From NCBI GenBank assembly GCA_965153285.1, contig OZ229117.1: a stretch of DNA of 64,000 nt, one strand, 5' to 3'. Position numbers and translations under genes: made by a program. Source of the stretch: Podarcis tiliguerta. Taxonomy: Eukaryota. Below are positions 36,391 to 48,835 of this stretch, piece by piece. Each line of letters begins with the position of its first letter. Positions within the stretch are counted from its first letter, which is position 1. The notes beneath the pieces are model-generated. The model was not told the origin of the DNA, ran no database searches, and saw nothing but the letters and a program-made list of their open reading frames with translations.

Positions 36391-38605
36391 CTGTAAGGTA
36401 AGCAGACACATAAGCATACAGCTGAATCTTCAAATTGCAGTATATGAATATAGGAGGGCCAAGCCAAAATTGGGCTTCAAAATTCTCCACTCTATTTTCA
36501 GGCAGTTAACTTGTGTGTGTTGAGGGGGCGGAGAAAACTTTGCTATATACAGATTGAAAGGAAATTGTTAGGGATAGGTGAGATGTTTTGGGAGGGTTTG
36601 GTTCCCATTTTGATGCCAACCTACCTAAACTATGCTTCTCAAAACCAATGTGCAAAATGAAACACAGCTATTCCTCAAAATCCACACCTCTCCCAAATTT
36701 TTGGTGCAGTGAGAAATGCATACAAAAGGCATACAGGCACAGAAAAATGGCCTGTGTTAGTGAAAATATTGTGCAAAATGCATTATATTCTGGAAAATCA
36801 TTTGCGAGATGTATATAAATACATGCACTATTTCATGTACCCCCCCCCCATTTAAAAAAATCTGTTGTAGAAAAAGGGAGAATTGAATTTAAGACAGGGA
36901 AAAAGGAGAAATGGAGAGAAACCAAAATCGAGAGATTCAGCTAGTGTTAGTACATGATGATGTATGAAGGAAGCAATGGGCTAAGAATGGAGGAGTGGAA
37001 GGAGTTAGGGGTCAGGCCTATTCTTTCCTTCAACAACATTAAGTACATAAGAAGAGGCTGCTGGATCAAGACAATAGCCCATCTAGCCCAACCGGACATT
37101 AGAACACTATTAAACAATATTAAAACTGAATCCACAGCTGGGGCTGAAGTTCTCCATCCTATTTTCAGATTGTGAAATTGTGGGAGTGGGGGGGGGAGTA
37201 GTACTGAATATTCTCTGAATAGGGGTGACATTTTTTCCATCGACTCCCAACAAGAGGAGTTCAAAAGCAGACATTCTCATGCAACATATCAGCAAATTCT
37301 TTTCTGAGGAATTCTGGCCCAGCTCAACAAGACCTGCCTTATTCTGAGCCACATCACTGGTCCATCTAACCCACTGTTGCCTGCTGTATTTTGCATCACA
37401 GCACCACCTCCCAAGTTCGTGGGATCCAGAAAAAATATCGGGTGAGGGAGAGTTTATTCCACTCTCACTGTTGCCCAATATCTGCTACATGAGATGATAG
37501 GTTCATTCTGCCTTATGATAGGGCCACCCCTGGCTGTGTCCCAATGCCTGGAGCCACTGTGCTAGGGGGCTTTCTGAGAGTTGGCCCAGGGATAAGGTGA
37601 ACTACCTGCAGAAGTCAGCAACCTTGACTGCTTCAGCAAGTCCTCAATATGCTATTTGTAGTCCATTTGTTATATTGACTAACATTTGGAGTCAAAATTA
37701 GGAAGCCAAGGCTAATGACCAGCCCAGAATGTATTTCAAGGTTGGCTACGCCTAAAATTGAATTCCTTGCATCTCTATTTAGCTTTGCTTGGGTTTAAAA
37801 AAAAACCACAAAAACCGTCCTTTCCCCCCCTCTCTTTTCCATCCTAATTAGCCCTCCTCGGTGAACAGGGACTGACATTTAAAATTAGCTCTGCTGAAAC
37901 TAGGTGTACCTTAACACAGCTTCCCCAAGCCATTCTTCCAGTGAATGGCTGGGCGAAAAATCGTAGTGAATATGTCAAGCTCTCTTTTTAATGGTTAGGT
38001 GTCTGTCAATATTCATGTCAATTTCATTCATGGAAGGTGCCCTTTCTGCAAGACGGTAGGTCTCAGGCTGAGTGCAGCAGCACAATTAGAGTGCCACAAG
38101 AGAGGGCTGTAAGACGGTGCCTTGGAAAATAAAGTTATAAAGTTGGCAGAAACCCATCACTCTATGCTCACTGGAGCAGGCAGACCCTTCCTAATGCACT
38201 GATTAGAGATTGGGAAATCTGTCAATTTGGAGTTCTCTCATTTCCCCATTTTTTCCAGTATTAAGGTCAATGCTCCACATTCTCATCAGTCCATAACTTT
38301 TAAAAAAAAAAAAAAAAAAAAACTTCATGAAAATTCATTAGCTTTTTAATGCATTTTTTTCTGATTTACACATTTTTTTGTATGCTATCTTGCATCATAT
38401 ACAGATTTTTGCAAAGCAAATTTGTACATTTGTATATTGTTTTCACTAATATGTGTACTTTGATGCACATTCTACCCTAATATATGCATTTTTGTACACA
38501 TTCTTTTGTTAGAGTATTAAATTCCAAAGTGAGAATTTCAAAGGATGGCAGTGCTTTAAAGGGTTCACATATGGTTCACATATTTGGTACCATATTTTTT
38601 TTAAT

Positions 38606-38810
38606 TGGCCCTTGACACAGAGAAACCCAAATACCGTAGTTTAAGAACAACACAACATGCTGTGGGACATGCAATGTTAGGAATATAATTAAAAGATATA
38701 GAAACTAATTGGATACGGCAAAAATTAAAAGTAGTGGAAGTAGTGGAAAAGGCTGTGTAATTGAAACAGACATATGCAGGACATGTGGCAAGAGGCGATT
38801 CAGACCGAAG
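38606..38810 (+). pseudogene. Degenerate RTE-clade LINE C-terminal ORF fragment (not Bov-B)
   Basis: Frame from 38641 reads LRTTQHAVGHAMLGI*LKDIETNWIRQKLKVVEVVEKAV*LKQTYAGHVARGDSDR, matching the RTE pattern TQRAMERxMLG...WIR...LKWxxAGHVAR. Confidence 0.75.
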
Positions 38811-39463
38811 GGGGGGGGGACATTGCTAGTGTGAGGACCCTACAATTTTAAAAGACCAAGGGGGTGGTCACCTATGCAGTGTGTGGATGATCTAAAACTA
38901 ACAGCAAGGCTGTTTAACAGAAAATGATGAGAAGAGAATGTCTCTGTTGACTTGCATAGGAGAGAGCGTGGTGGTATAAACAACAGCAAAGACCCACGAA
39001 TCACTGTGACTGAAGTTGCCGGAGAAAACAATTCGCTGTGACTGAGACCTGTCAGTTATAATGAAACACCCCCCTCTCATCTTTCCACTCTCTTTCCTTG
39101 GAGTGCTAGCTTGGCCCCGTGACCATGAGTGCCTGGGGCCATGGGTCCTGGTGCTGACATTTGTGGGTGCCCGGTCCCTTCATGGGGAATTTCAGGGGTG
39201 CTTGAGCACCCGGAGCCCCAGGGGGCACCTATGCTCTCCCCATACAAGGAGGGATTCTTCCTAGTTAGCTTTCTTTCATTTTCTTTTTAAAAATATATAT
39301 GCAGCAGTCACTTTTAAAATGTCACATTTTGTGGGCAGCCAAACTGACTAAGTGACTTGGAGCATTTGGGAATTTCTGATCCTATCTGAGACTCCTTGTT
39401 TACAGTGCAATTTGACTTGAGAATGTGGACAGCTCACCTAAATAACCACAACTTGTCTCACTG

Positions 39464-39727
39464 GAGAGACAGTGTGGTGTAGTGGTTAAGAGCAGTAGAC
39501 TCGTAATCTGGTGAACCAGGTTCGCATCTCCGCGCCTCCACATGCAGCTGCTGGGTGACCTTGGGCTAATCACACTTCTTTGAAGTCTCTCAGCCTCACT
39601 CACCTCACAGAGTATTTGTTGTGGGCGAGGAAGGGAAAGGAGATTGTTAGCCGCTTTGAGACTCCTTCGGGTAGTGATAAAGCGGGATATCAAATCCAAA
39701 CTCCTCCTCCTCCTTTTCTTCTTCTTC
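39464..39727 (+). mobile_element. Squam3-like SINE, full length
   Basis: A and B boxes, (CTC/CTT)n tail. Near-identical to 2202-2510. Confidence 0.85.
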
Positions 39728-42700
39728 ATAATTCGGGAAGTAAAAGGCTGATGTGGACCCCTATTAGCAGACCCCTGTTTTAGAGAGCTCTGGAGTAGCA
39801 GCTAAGAACATGGGCCACTGTATAGTTAGTTCGGAAATCTTCCCTCTTTATATGGTACCTTACACCACAGGAACAATAACTCGACTTGCTATAACTAGCT
39901 TACTGCTAGTTATACTGCTTACTGCTTTGCTATATTGGCAGCTCCCCCATACATGCAGACCATTCACTCTGTTGGACACAGTTTGGGTACTTCCTTTAAA
40001 GCTCCAAACTGCAGGGAAATCAGGGCTAAGTCAAGAAATCCACCACTGATGCATAAGGCTAAACTTGCTTCAGAGGCCACAAAAGTCCCAAAATAAATCT
40101 ACAGGTATTGTGAGAAATGAGCCCCTTCCTGTGTTTCAGAGTTTTAAACCAATGAGTGCAGTCCCAGGTATGATTGACATTTAGGAGACTGCTTGTATGA
40201 AAGTGATGAGTGGCATAGCCATTGTCAGAAGGGAGAAGAGAGAAGGGATGCTTTGGTTCATTTTGAATCCTTTTCTTATTTTTCTTCTTCTCTGCTGGAG
40301 TATTGTTCATAGAAAAGAATAGCAAAATCCCGAATTTCAGTATAGCTGTTATTGAGCATTAGTTATTCTGCCCAGAACAAAAGGAAGAAGCAGAGACAGC
40401 AGTTCATGTTCTTTCTCACTCAGGGCTTCTTTTCAAGAAATACCCTACCAATGCAGTTCTGCAAAAGAGCCGAGTATTGTTACATCCGTATTGCCAGCTT
40501 GGGGGATGGAGAGAGAGAAGTGTAAGGGAAGGCTGCAGTATTCTCCAGTGCTGCCACTTATTTGCTTTTTAAGGAAATGTAGTTGGGGGAGAAATTCAGA
40601 CCAGTTCACATTTTAATGGTATTTTACACAAAACCACGTTTTCTGAAATAATACACAGAATGAAATGCAGTTGTCCTTCAGCATTCACGCTTCTCTGAAT
40701 TTTGCAATGCAAAATTAGAGGAAATTAGGGGAAAGTGCTCGTAAAATGCATTAGTGAGTGAAAATAACACACAAAAGTTCATGATATTACGGAAAATTGC
40801 TTTCAAAAATGTATGCATTAGGAGAAATGTGTAATAAAATGCTGGTGAATTTTTAGGGAAATATTTTTTTATAAACATCACAAACTGCTGCAGGAATGTA
40901 GCAAACTGAACTTAGAGACTGGAGAAATGAGGAACTGAGAGGAACTGAAGCTGGCGCATTTGCCCATCTTTAGATGTGGGGAGGAGGCTGTGAAGCTGAT
41001 TGCAGCAGCATTTCTGGGGTGGAATGAAAGGGTGAAATGGGGTAAGTAATTACTTTCTCATTCATGCAGGAAAGGAGGCGAGGACCTGCAGGCAGAGATG
41101 GAAAGGGAAATCTTTATCACACGCCCCTTCAAGTGATGCTTCTTCAGTAAACTTAGCAACACCCCCCAACTAAGCTTTCCTATTTAAAATTCCACTAAAC
41201 AACCATGTATATAGATTAATCCCTGTGTTCTTAAGCAGTACTTTACATTCTGCACCAAAAGTCCTAATTCTCACCCCACTCATATTTGGTCACTTTATGC
41301 CAATGTGTGGTTTGGTTTCATATACCTCTACAAAATAGACCTTGAGTCTCAGCAAATACCTGTTTATTTGTGTGTTTGTTTGTAGTCATACTTATAGGCC
41401 ACACGTCACCAAGCAGTCCCAGGGCAGATTACAGAAAGATCACAATTTACTTCAATTGCTCCTCTCAGACTCGCTCACAACCCAAATCCAGCATTCAGCT
41501 ACATACTCCATTTAATAAATTACAAAAAATGAATTAAATCACAGGGGAAAACAAGGTGAATAACCTAGTCTCTTTGTTTGCAGAAAATGAACAGCAGTGG
41601 AATGGAAACATTCCTGCATGTGACGAATACAGAGTGGGATGGCAAATGATGCCATCTTACATCCCTATCCTCAAGACACTTAGAAATCACGAGGCAGGTT
41701 TGATTCCTACAAGTGCTGCAGGTTCTTACTTTCATACACACCATGATCTTAATCCCCAGATCCACTCCCCCCTCCACTGCCCATCCCAGTTATAATTTGG
41801 AATGAATAAATAAATGAAGCCTCCAGTTTTAATTCTGAAAGAACCTGTGTGTCAGGTACCCAAAGTCTCAGGCACACGGAACTCACCGTATCATCAACAA
41901 GAATAACTCTGTTAACACAACAGGGAGAGGGCTTCCCCCCCCCCCCTTCAAAATGTGCTTTGCCTCTCTCATCCTCCCAGGTTTCAAATGAAGCGATTTG
42001 GACAATTCCTTACAGAACATTAACAACTCATTCAAGCTGCTTTACAGAGTCCTGGAATCGATTCACAATGCAAAGCCTCTTCCATAACATTGGCACAGAG
42101 AATGACGCAGCGCCGATAACATATGAACCCATGAATAGCTTGGCTTGAGATTACCGCTTGCTTTGCATGTCTACAACCTGACCACAGCCAAATCCTCTCG
42201 ACAAAAGAGTGAACCGAGAAAGGATACCTGGCTTTTTGTAGCAGTACAAAAGATCGCAGAAGCTGTTCTAGGGTCTGATATTGGTGGATTTGGGCCCACA
42301 TTTTGAGAGTCTTAAGGTAAGAAGCTGAAGTAGCTTAAGGTAAGAAGTGCTTAATCTAAAGAAACTTTCCTTCAGATCACTCCATTTTGCTAAGTTCTTA
42401 CTGCTTTGAGTGTATATTCTGCTGGAAGGCAATCCAAAGTTTCTGTGGGGCTTTGATCAGAATCATCAGTTGCCCCAGACTAAAAGGGTACAAGACGCTA
42501 GTCTATTTGGTTCTACCCAAGAGCACCGGAGACCAACAGCTGCTGAGAAACTGGGTAGCCCTGAGCCTAAATGAATTTTCTCACCTCACTGCCCTGTTTG
42601 CATGTTGCAAACACCACCAGGACAGCCCATGGTCTTCCTGCACCTGTCAATGATTACTTTTGCCAAAGGCTGTGGCTGAGCTGGGATGGCTCCCCATGGC

Positions 42701-42851
42701 ATGAAGACCTATGGCTCAAGAGGTTTTCAGCCTTTTGAAAGAACCCTCAAGGGAAAAGGAGAAAAAATCAAGACCAAACTTGCAAATGAGATCAACATTC
42801 AATGGAAATGGTAGTGGTGTCTCAGATTGTATGAACATCATAATGAAGGAC

Positions 42852-43122
42852 TAGGAACATAGGAAGATAATAATAATAATAATAATAAATTTTATTTATA
42901 TCCCGCCCTCCCCAGCCAAAGCCGGGCTCAGGGCGGCTAACAACAGTAAAACAGCACAAACATATACTGAGTCAACCATTGGTCCATCTAGGTCCGTTTA
43001 GCTCACAGTTGCCTATATCTTTGGGGTTTCAGACAGGGGACATACCCAGTCCTATCTATGGAGACTGAACCTGGTCTTTCTCCATGTAAAGCCACATGTT
43101 CTGCCATTGAGCTACAGCCCTG
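42852..43122 (-). mobile_element. Squam2-like SINE with an L2 3' terminus (42868-42960) inserted in its tail
   Basis: TAGGAACATAGGAAG, then (TAA)n plus the L2 end, then TATACTGAGTCAACCATTGGTCCATCTAG. Confidence 0.7.
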
Positions 43123-44227
43123 CCCCACTCCACAACCTTGGTACACAATCATACCCACCCAGACAGCATGGGTCCTAATGCTCTGTGATTTTAGATGTAG
43201 ATCTAATGTTTAGATGTTTATTTGGAAGTGCTGCCAAGAACTTAGCTGCTATGGTGCAAGTGTGGTCACATAGGAATTAAAACAAAAATAGCTCTCAATC
43301 TTGAAAGCAGATTGGAAGGTACCGATACCTATGGTATCCAAGGGATCAAGGGGGGCTGTGATCAGTCCTCCCCCTAGCCCCATCTCTTATTGATCAATAG
43401 CCCAACACATTGGCATTGCATGGGAGGCTGGGGGAACTATTGCCCCAACAATATTTTTTTTTTTTTTGAGGGGGCACAACCAGGTGCCTCCATGGCAGGC
43501 TCCCTTGTTGAGGCCAGAGCCATAGGGCAGGAAGCTGGGGCCAGGACAGGCCTTTGAGGCCTGGCTCCAGTGGATGAGGGAGCAGTGAAGGCAGCTTCTT
43601 TGTGCAATGGCCCAATGCCACCAGACGGCCACATCTCCACTCTTGGGTCAGGTCTGACCTGGGGGCAGAGAGACAGAGAAGAGGCAATGGCAGCGTTTAC
43701 TGATCCCAGCCTTGGGGCCTGACCCCAGCCTTGCAAAGCCATGCAGGGCTGTCAGGGTGGCCTGAGTGCACCCTTGAAGCAGCAGTGAGCTGTAGCCACA
43801 GTGTGCTCCCTCCATGAGACATATGCTCTGCCACTGGTCCAACAGAGGCCATCCCGATTGGCAGTGGTGGCTGGTTACCATTGGGGCTGGTGAGGCTGAA
43901 GGCAGGGAAGCCAACAAGAGGTTGCCCCAGAGCCAATAACATCCACAGTCTACTCGTTCCAGTTTTCATCCCCATCCTCTTCCCTACATGTGGCAACACT
44001 GAGACTAAGGAGGATGAAAGTGGCAGGCAGTGCCAACCCTGGGATGGTATGCAAGTAGGAAGGCAAGCAGGTAGGACAGAGGTTGATGGAACAGTGATCC
44101 ATTTGCCCGAATGGACCAGCCTCCACTGGCAACAGGTTTCAAGATAACAAGCGTCAGAAAGAGATCAAGGGGCTGTTTTTCCCCCTCCTAAGCTCTGGCT
44201 ACATGCTGGACACACAAAAGAGCCTCT

Positions 44228-44270
44228 GTCTCCTTGGCAACAAAATTCCCTGTGACGTCAGCGTTGGCAA
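44228..44270. promoter_or_regulatory. Candidate RFX X-box plus full CRE palindrome
   Basis: GTCTCCTTGGCAAC (44228-44241) and TGACGTCA (44253-44260) in apparently unique sequence. Motif match only. Confidence 0.35.
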
Positions 44271-45166
44271 AGTTTCCCTTCATCAGACCCCTGCAGCTAA
44301 GGGAATAAGCTTGAAAGATACCGTCCAAGATATTTTTCTTCTTATTTACATTTGTTAAAAGAAAGGGTTGTGTGAGGGGAGGAGGGAGAGGGATGAGCCA
44401 TTCGTCCTCTCCAAACGAGACAAAAAAAGACCAGTGTGAATAACCAACATGGCCCTCTCATTTTCCCCATATGTTCCTAGGTATTAAAAGCAGCAGGGGT
44501 CATTATGAGCAACTCGCTTAACTTCCTGTCTTGGGCAGAAGAGAATTTTCACACAGCTATCCCTACACTTAATGGAAATTGCTCCTGCAAGGCTGTGTGT
44601 TTTCTTGGTTGCCTGGCTTGACGTAGCTCATTTAAAAGCATTTTTTCCTTTTTGTAAGGCACAGCTGAAGAACATACAGATCACAGGCCATTACGTGGAC
44701 AGCCAAAAGCTTTTTATGTATTCTGGGAAGGAGTGGAAGAATCCCAAATTAATCTTCGCATGTTTGTTTGCTGGTTCGTTCATAAGCATGTAATTACACC
44801 CTGACATATATACAGCGCATTTGTATGCCATCTTTCATTTTGCAAAACTCCTAAGGCAGCTCACAGACTAATCAAAACAGTTTCAAATGCAATAAAACAC
44901 AATATTAAATCAGGGGAACCACTAAAATCACAGCCCACCAATAAAACCATCAGAATCAGGAAAAACAAAACGAAGCAAGTAATGCCAGATGTCAGACTCA
45001 ACTTACCTAAGGTTTCCAGCATTCTCTTACCTTCAGACATTACCTGGTGTGTGCCTTGCTACCAAGGCTTGGGTACCCATCACATCACAAGACCCTTAAT
45101 TTACTTTCTGTAGTAAAGTTGATCCTCCCTCACAGTTCAGGTTTTCCCCCTCCCCCTTTCCTGGCT

Positions 45167-45502
45167 TGTCACTGGGCTTAACAAACCCCAGAGTGGTTCC
45201 TTTGTCACATATGCAACTATACTTTTGTCTCTGTCCTCTCCCCCCCCCCTCTTGTTTCTTAGGTTACACCTTCCTCGTTCTGTCAACTTCCCTGTGTCAC
45301 TTTCTTCCGAATGCTACCCCCCAGCCCCTAGGTTGTCACGTTGCTTCACTTCCAGCCTGCAAATTTCTCTATCCAATTGGGCTAAGGGAAGAGCCATGCA
45401 GTGAGCTATGGCATATCCCTTGTCCTCCTGACCCCAAGTTACCAGTTACTGATGAAATGCCAGAGTTCGAGACAAATAAATCTATAAGGTCTTCCCCTGA
45501 CA
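45167..45502 (+). mobile_element. Possible solo LTR-like element
   Basis: TGTCA...TGACA ends, CCAAT at 45373, AATAAA at 45475. No TSD. Confidence 0.3.
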
Positions 45503-46954
45503 CCAGAAAGACTTCAGATAAGGCCATGCTGGTTGGGGTTGATGGGAGCTGGAGCCCAGTAACATCTGGAGGGACACAGGTCCCCCTCCCCTGCTTTAGA
45601 TTGCTGCAGTGGAATATGAATTCCCCAGTCCTATTTGCTATTTCATTGCTACTGCAATTCAGTTCACAGAAGGGTAGAGACTTTCACTTCTCTTCTGCAC
45701 CTAGAGACCTGTGGGGGTTTAATTCTTTGGTAAGTAAAGGCTGCTTCCACCAGTGATGTTAGTGGCGTGACATTGAAGGCATTCATCTTCTGTCCCTCTT
45801 TTGTCCCCTGACTCCCTATCCAGCTGCCAACAAATCGGTGCTGAATAAAGATCCAGGATTAAAGGGCTAGACAGGCAACTACAAAGGAGCATATCCATGG
45901 CCAATTGTTCTCCAAGCATTTGCTGTCAGAGGTCTGGAACACACACATGCTCACGTAGTTGAAGGGGCTTCACTTACACCAAGCCAATATAAGGCTGTTT
46001 GGATGAATGGTTTCATCTCGACTGCCTGGCATCAAGACAGAAAACAGGGAGTAAAATCGGACCAGGTATCAAACTGCTCAATTACTGCATGGGTGTTTCT
46101 AGTGCAGCCACACCTTCCATCCAGTTCTAGTGGTGTTTCCTTGGCTGGACAACTCCCTGCAGCTTCAGCAACCTTGCCATAGATTGACTTCTTCACCTGT
46201 TGTACTGGTTGCTGTCCTTGCTGGTATGATGAGGAATACAAAGCGTTGTCATTCTAGACTGATGGGAATGGGATACTGCCAATTGAAGAAGACAGTAGAA
46301 GAGTACCTATAACTCCATGTGACCAGGAGCAAGCTCGCACCACAGACATGACCCCGGCACATTTGAGATTACCATGAAGGGGTGCTACATGCACACACAT
46401 TTATGCACATTGTGCTCCTCCACACTCTGGGAAAATCAGGGTTCTCACTAACATCCAGTAACCCAAGACTGAATGTGGCCCTCCACACCTCTCTATCTGG
46501 GCCTTGGGTCTCCTTCCAAACCACAAACCACACCCGCTCCCAGCCATACCTCCTCCTGGCTCTGCTTTGCACCCCACATGGAGTATTTTTGCCTGGCTGG
46601 AATGTGTCCTGGAACACACCATCTTGCTTCCCTGGATGGTGGATAGAAAGAGACATGTGAGTGCACAAAAGGATCCCTCCCCCCATTTTGGTTTCTGGTG
46701 CTACTCACCTTTGGCACAAATCCCCCATATATGTGGCCAGAAGGAACATGGGTCTCTGGCTGAAAAAGTTTACTCAGCCCTGAAAAAAACCCTATGTCCA
46801 CACACATGATCCTTCACGCTGATGCCAAACCTGTGGCAAATGAGGAGAGTAGCTAGCACATACAGAGATGTGCAGGTGCTGTGGGTGATAGCCATGATCG
46901 TATTCACCCCACATACTTGTGAATGCAAAGGAGAGGTCATGTGAGCCCACTTCT

Positions 46955-47210
46955 AAGAAGAGAAGAAGAAGAGTTTGGATTTGATATCCCGCTTTATCAC
47001 TACCCGAAGGAGTCTCAAAGCGGCTGACATTCTCCTTTCCCTTCCTCCCCCACAACAAACACTCTGTGTGGTGAGTGGGGCTGAAAGACTTCAGAGAAAT
47101 GTGACTAGCCCAAGGTCACCCAGCAGCTGCATGTGGAGGAGCAAAGACGCGAACCCGGTTCCCCAGATTACGAATCCACCGCTCTTAACCGCTGCACCAC
47201 ATTGGCTCTC
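46955..47210 (-). mobile_element. Squam3-like SINE, full length
   Basis: (GAA)n tail. Short flanking repeat TCTAAG at 46952-46957 and 47209-47214. Confidence 0.85.
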
Positions 47211-48018
47211 TAAGTATTGAGCTAGCTAGGCCAATGCTCCAAACCAATACAAGGAAAGCTCCCAAAAGCTCACTATTATAGGTAGGTGTCCTGTTGTGAA
47301 CTGGCCACAGGCGGCAGGGGGTTGCATCCTCCAAGTGCATTGATCAGGTTGCATTTCTACCATCCTCCGAGGCAGTGCACCACAAGGCAGACTGAAAACA
47401 ACAAGCCCACATGCCATGTAGCTCCCTTTCTGCTGCTCACCTTCACTGTCTGATCCATTCAAGGCAAGGCCAAGTGAAGAGGAAGAGCATCTGTTTGCAA
47501 ACCAAGCCAGCTGCCAGGTGTGTGGAATCTTTCCCCTGCTCATCGACAAGAGATGTTCTGATGGGGCCAGGATGAAAGCAGGTGACAGTGCAGCATGGCC
47601 TCGTCAGTCTAGCGTGATGCATTGCCGTCAGGGTTGCCGGGAAACAAAGTATTTCTAAACCAGTGAGGCAATTCAGGCTCGCATAAAAAAAAGAAATAAT
47701 AAAAGTGAGGTGACGAGTCCAGCTCCCTGATCTGTCGATCACGATGATTTACTGTAGCATTTCCAAAGTGCCGGGAGCTTTACTGTCATCACTATGATCC
47801 CCACAAAATCCTGGGGCTCGTGATTAATTCTTCAAGCAGCACATCATTAATGTGCGGAATCTGTGGCCACAAGATGTAATGTCAGCCAGTATTGTTTATT
47901 ATTTATTTACTTTATTTATAGGATTTGTTACTCATCCTTCACCATAAGGTTCCAGGGCAGGCTATGACAATATAATAATACAATGTTGAAATCAGTTAAA
48001 ACAATTTACATCAGAGGA

Positions 48019-48569
48019 ATTGGGAGGGGAGGGGAGCTGGAGTCAGAAACAGGTCAGCAATAAAACACCAGTGTCAGTGAAGTTAACTCTTGCTGTGGTC
48101 ACAACAACTCTTCCCAGTAGGTCTTGCCCCAATGAGACAGCTGTGAGAACTGAAGGTCCCCGCCTTCCCACAGTTCCCTGCAGCTGCTCCTCTCCTGGGT
48201 CCTTCATCAGCAACCTGAGGCTCCTTTGTCTGATCTCTCTCTGCTCTGTCCTCTTCATTCCTCTTGGTGTTCTGGGAGACCAGGGAGGAGGGGAACTGGT
48301 CTCAGTAGGAGGGGGAGACTCCCCAGATTATTCAGCAGTCTGGCTCCCCCCCCCCTCACCAGCCTCTGCTTCTGCCTCTGCTGCTGGACTGCTCTCTGTC
48401 ACAGCCTCCTCCTGCTCACTAAATCCTGTTACCTCCTTAACACCTCCTCTCATTTTGCTCCCTCTGACCATTCATCATCATCCCACCACCCATTCTGTAG
48501 CTCTTCTTCCCTTGGGGGTGCCCAGCTGGTGCCTCCTACCACTCTTTGGCATCCAGCCAGTACATGACA
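48019..48569 (-). mobile_element. LTR-like (Gypsy-type solo LTR) repeat
   Basis: Minus strand begins TGTCATG and has a purine-skewed 5' half. Resembles a lacertid LTR-like repeat from recall. TSD not seen. Confidence 0.45.
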
Positions 48570-48835
48570 GCAGGATCCAAAATAAGATAGCTTAGCTGGA
48601 TTGAAAAGAGGCTTATGAAATTCAGATACATCATGGGAGACTGCTGACCACATGTTCCAGCTGTTAGGTTCACCAGCCGTAGTGCTGTTGAGCTGCATCC
48701 ATCTGAATGCACAAGCTTTCACCCTAGAGTGGAAACACCACAAGGTTTGGGAGAGGGGCATTATATTATTGCATTTGGGAGTGACAGTCTGACTTTCTCC
48801 CAGCCTCTTACTCACCTTTGGCACCCACCCAGAAG

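Noticed and set aside
45166-48595. 196-aa (45166-45756) and 191-aa (48020-48595) ORFs
   Set aside because: They overlap LTR-like and MITE repeats, are compositionally biased, and show no protein family resemblance.
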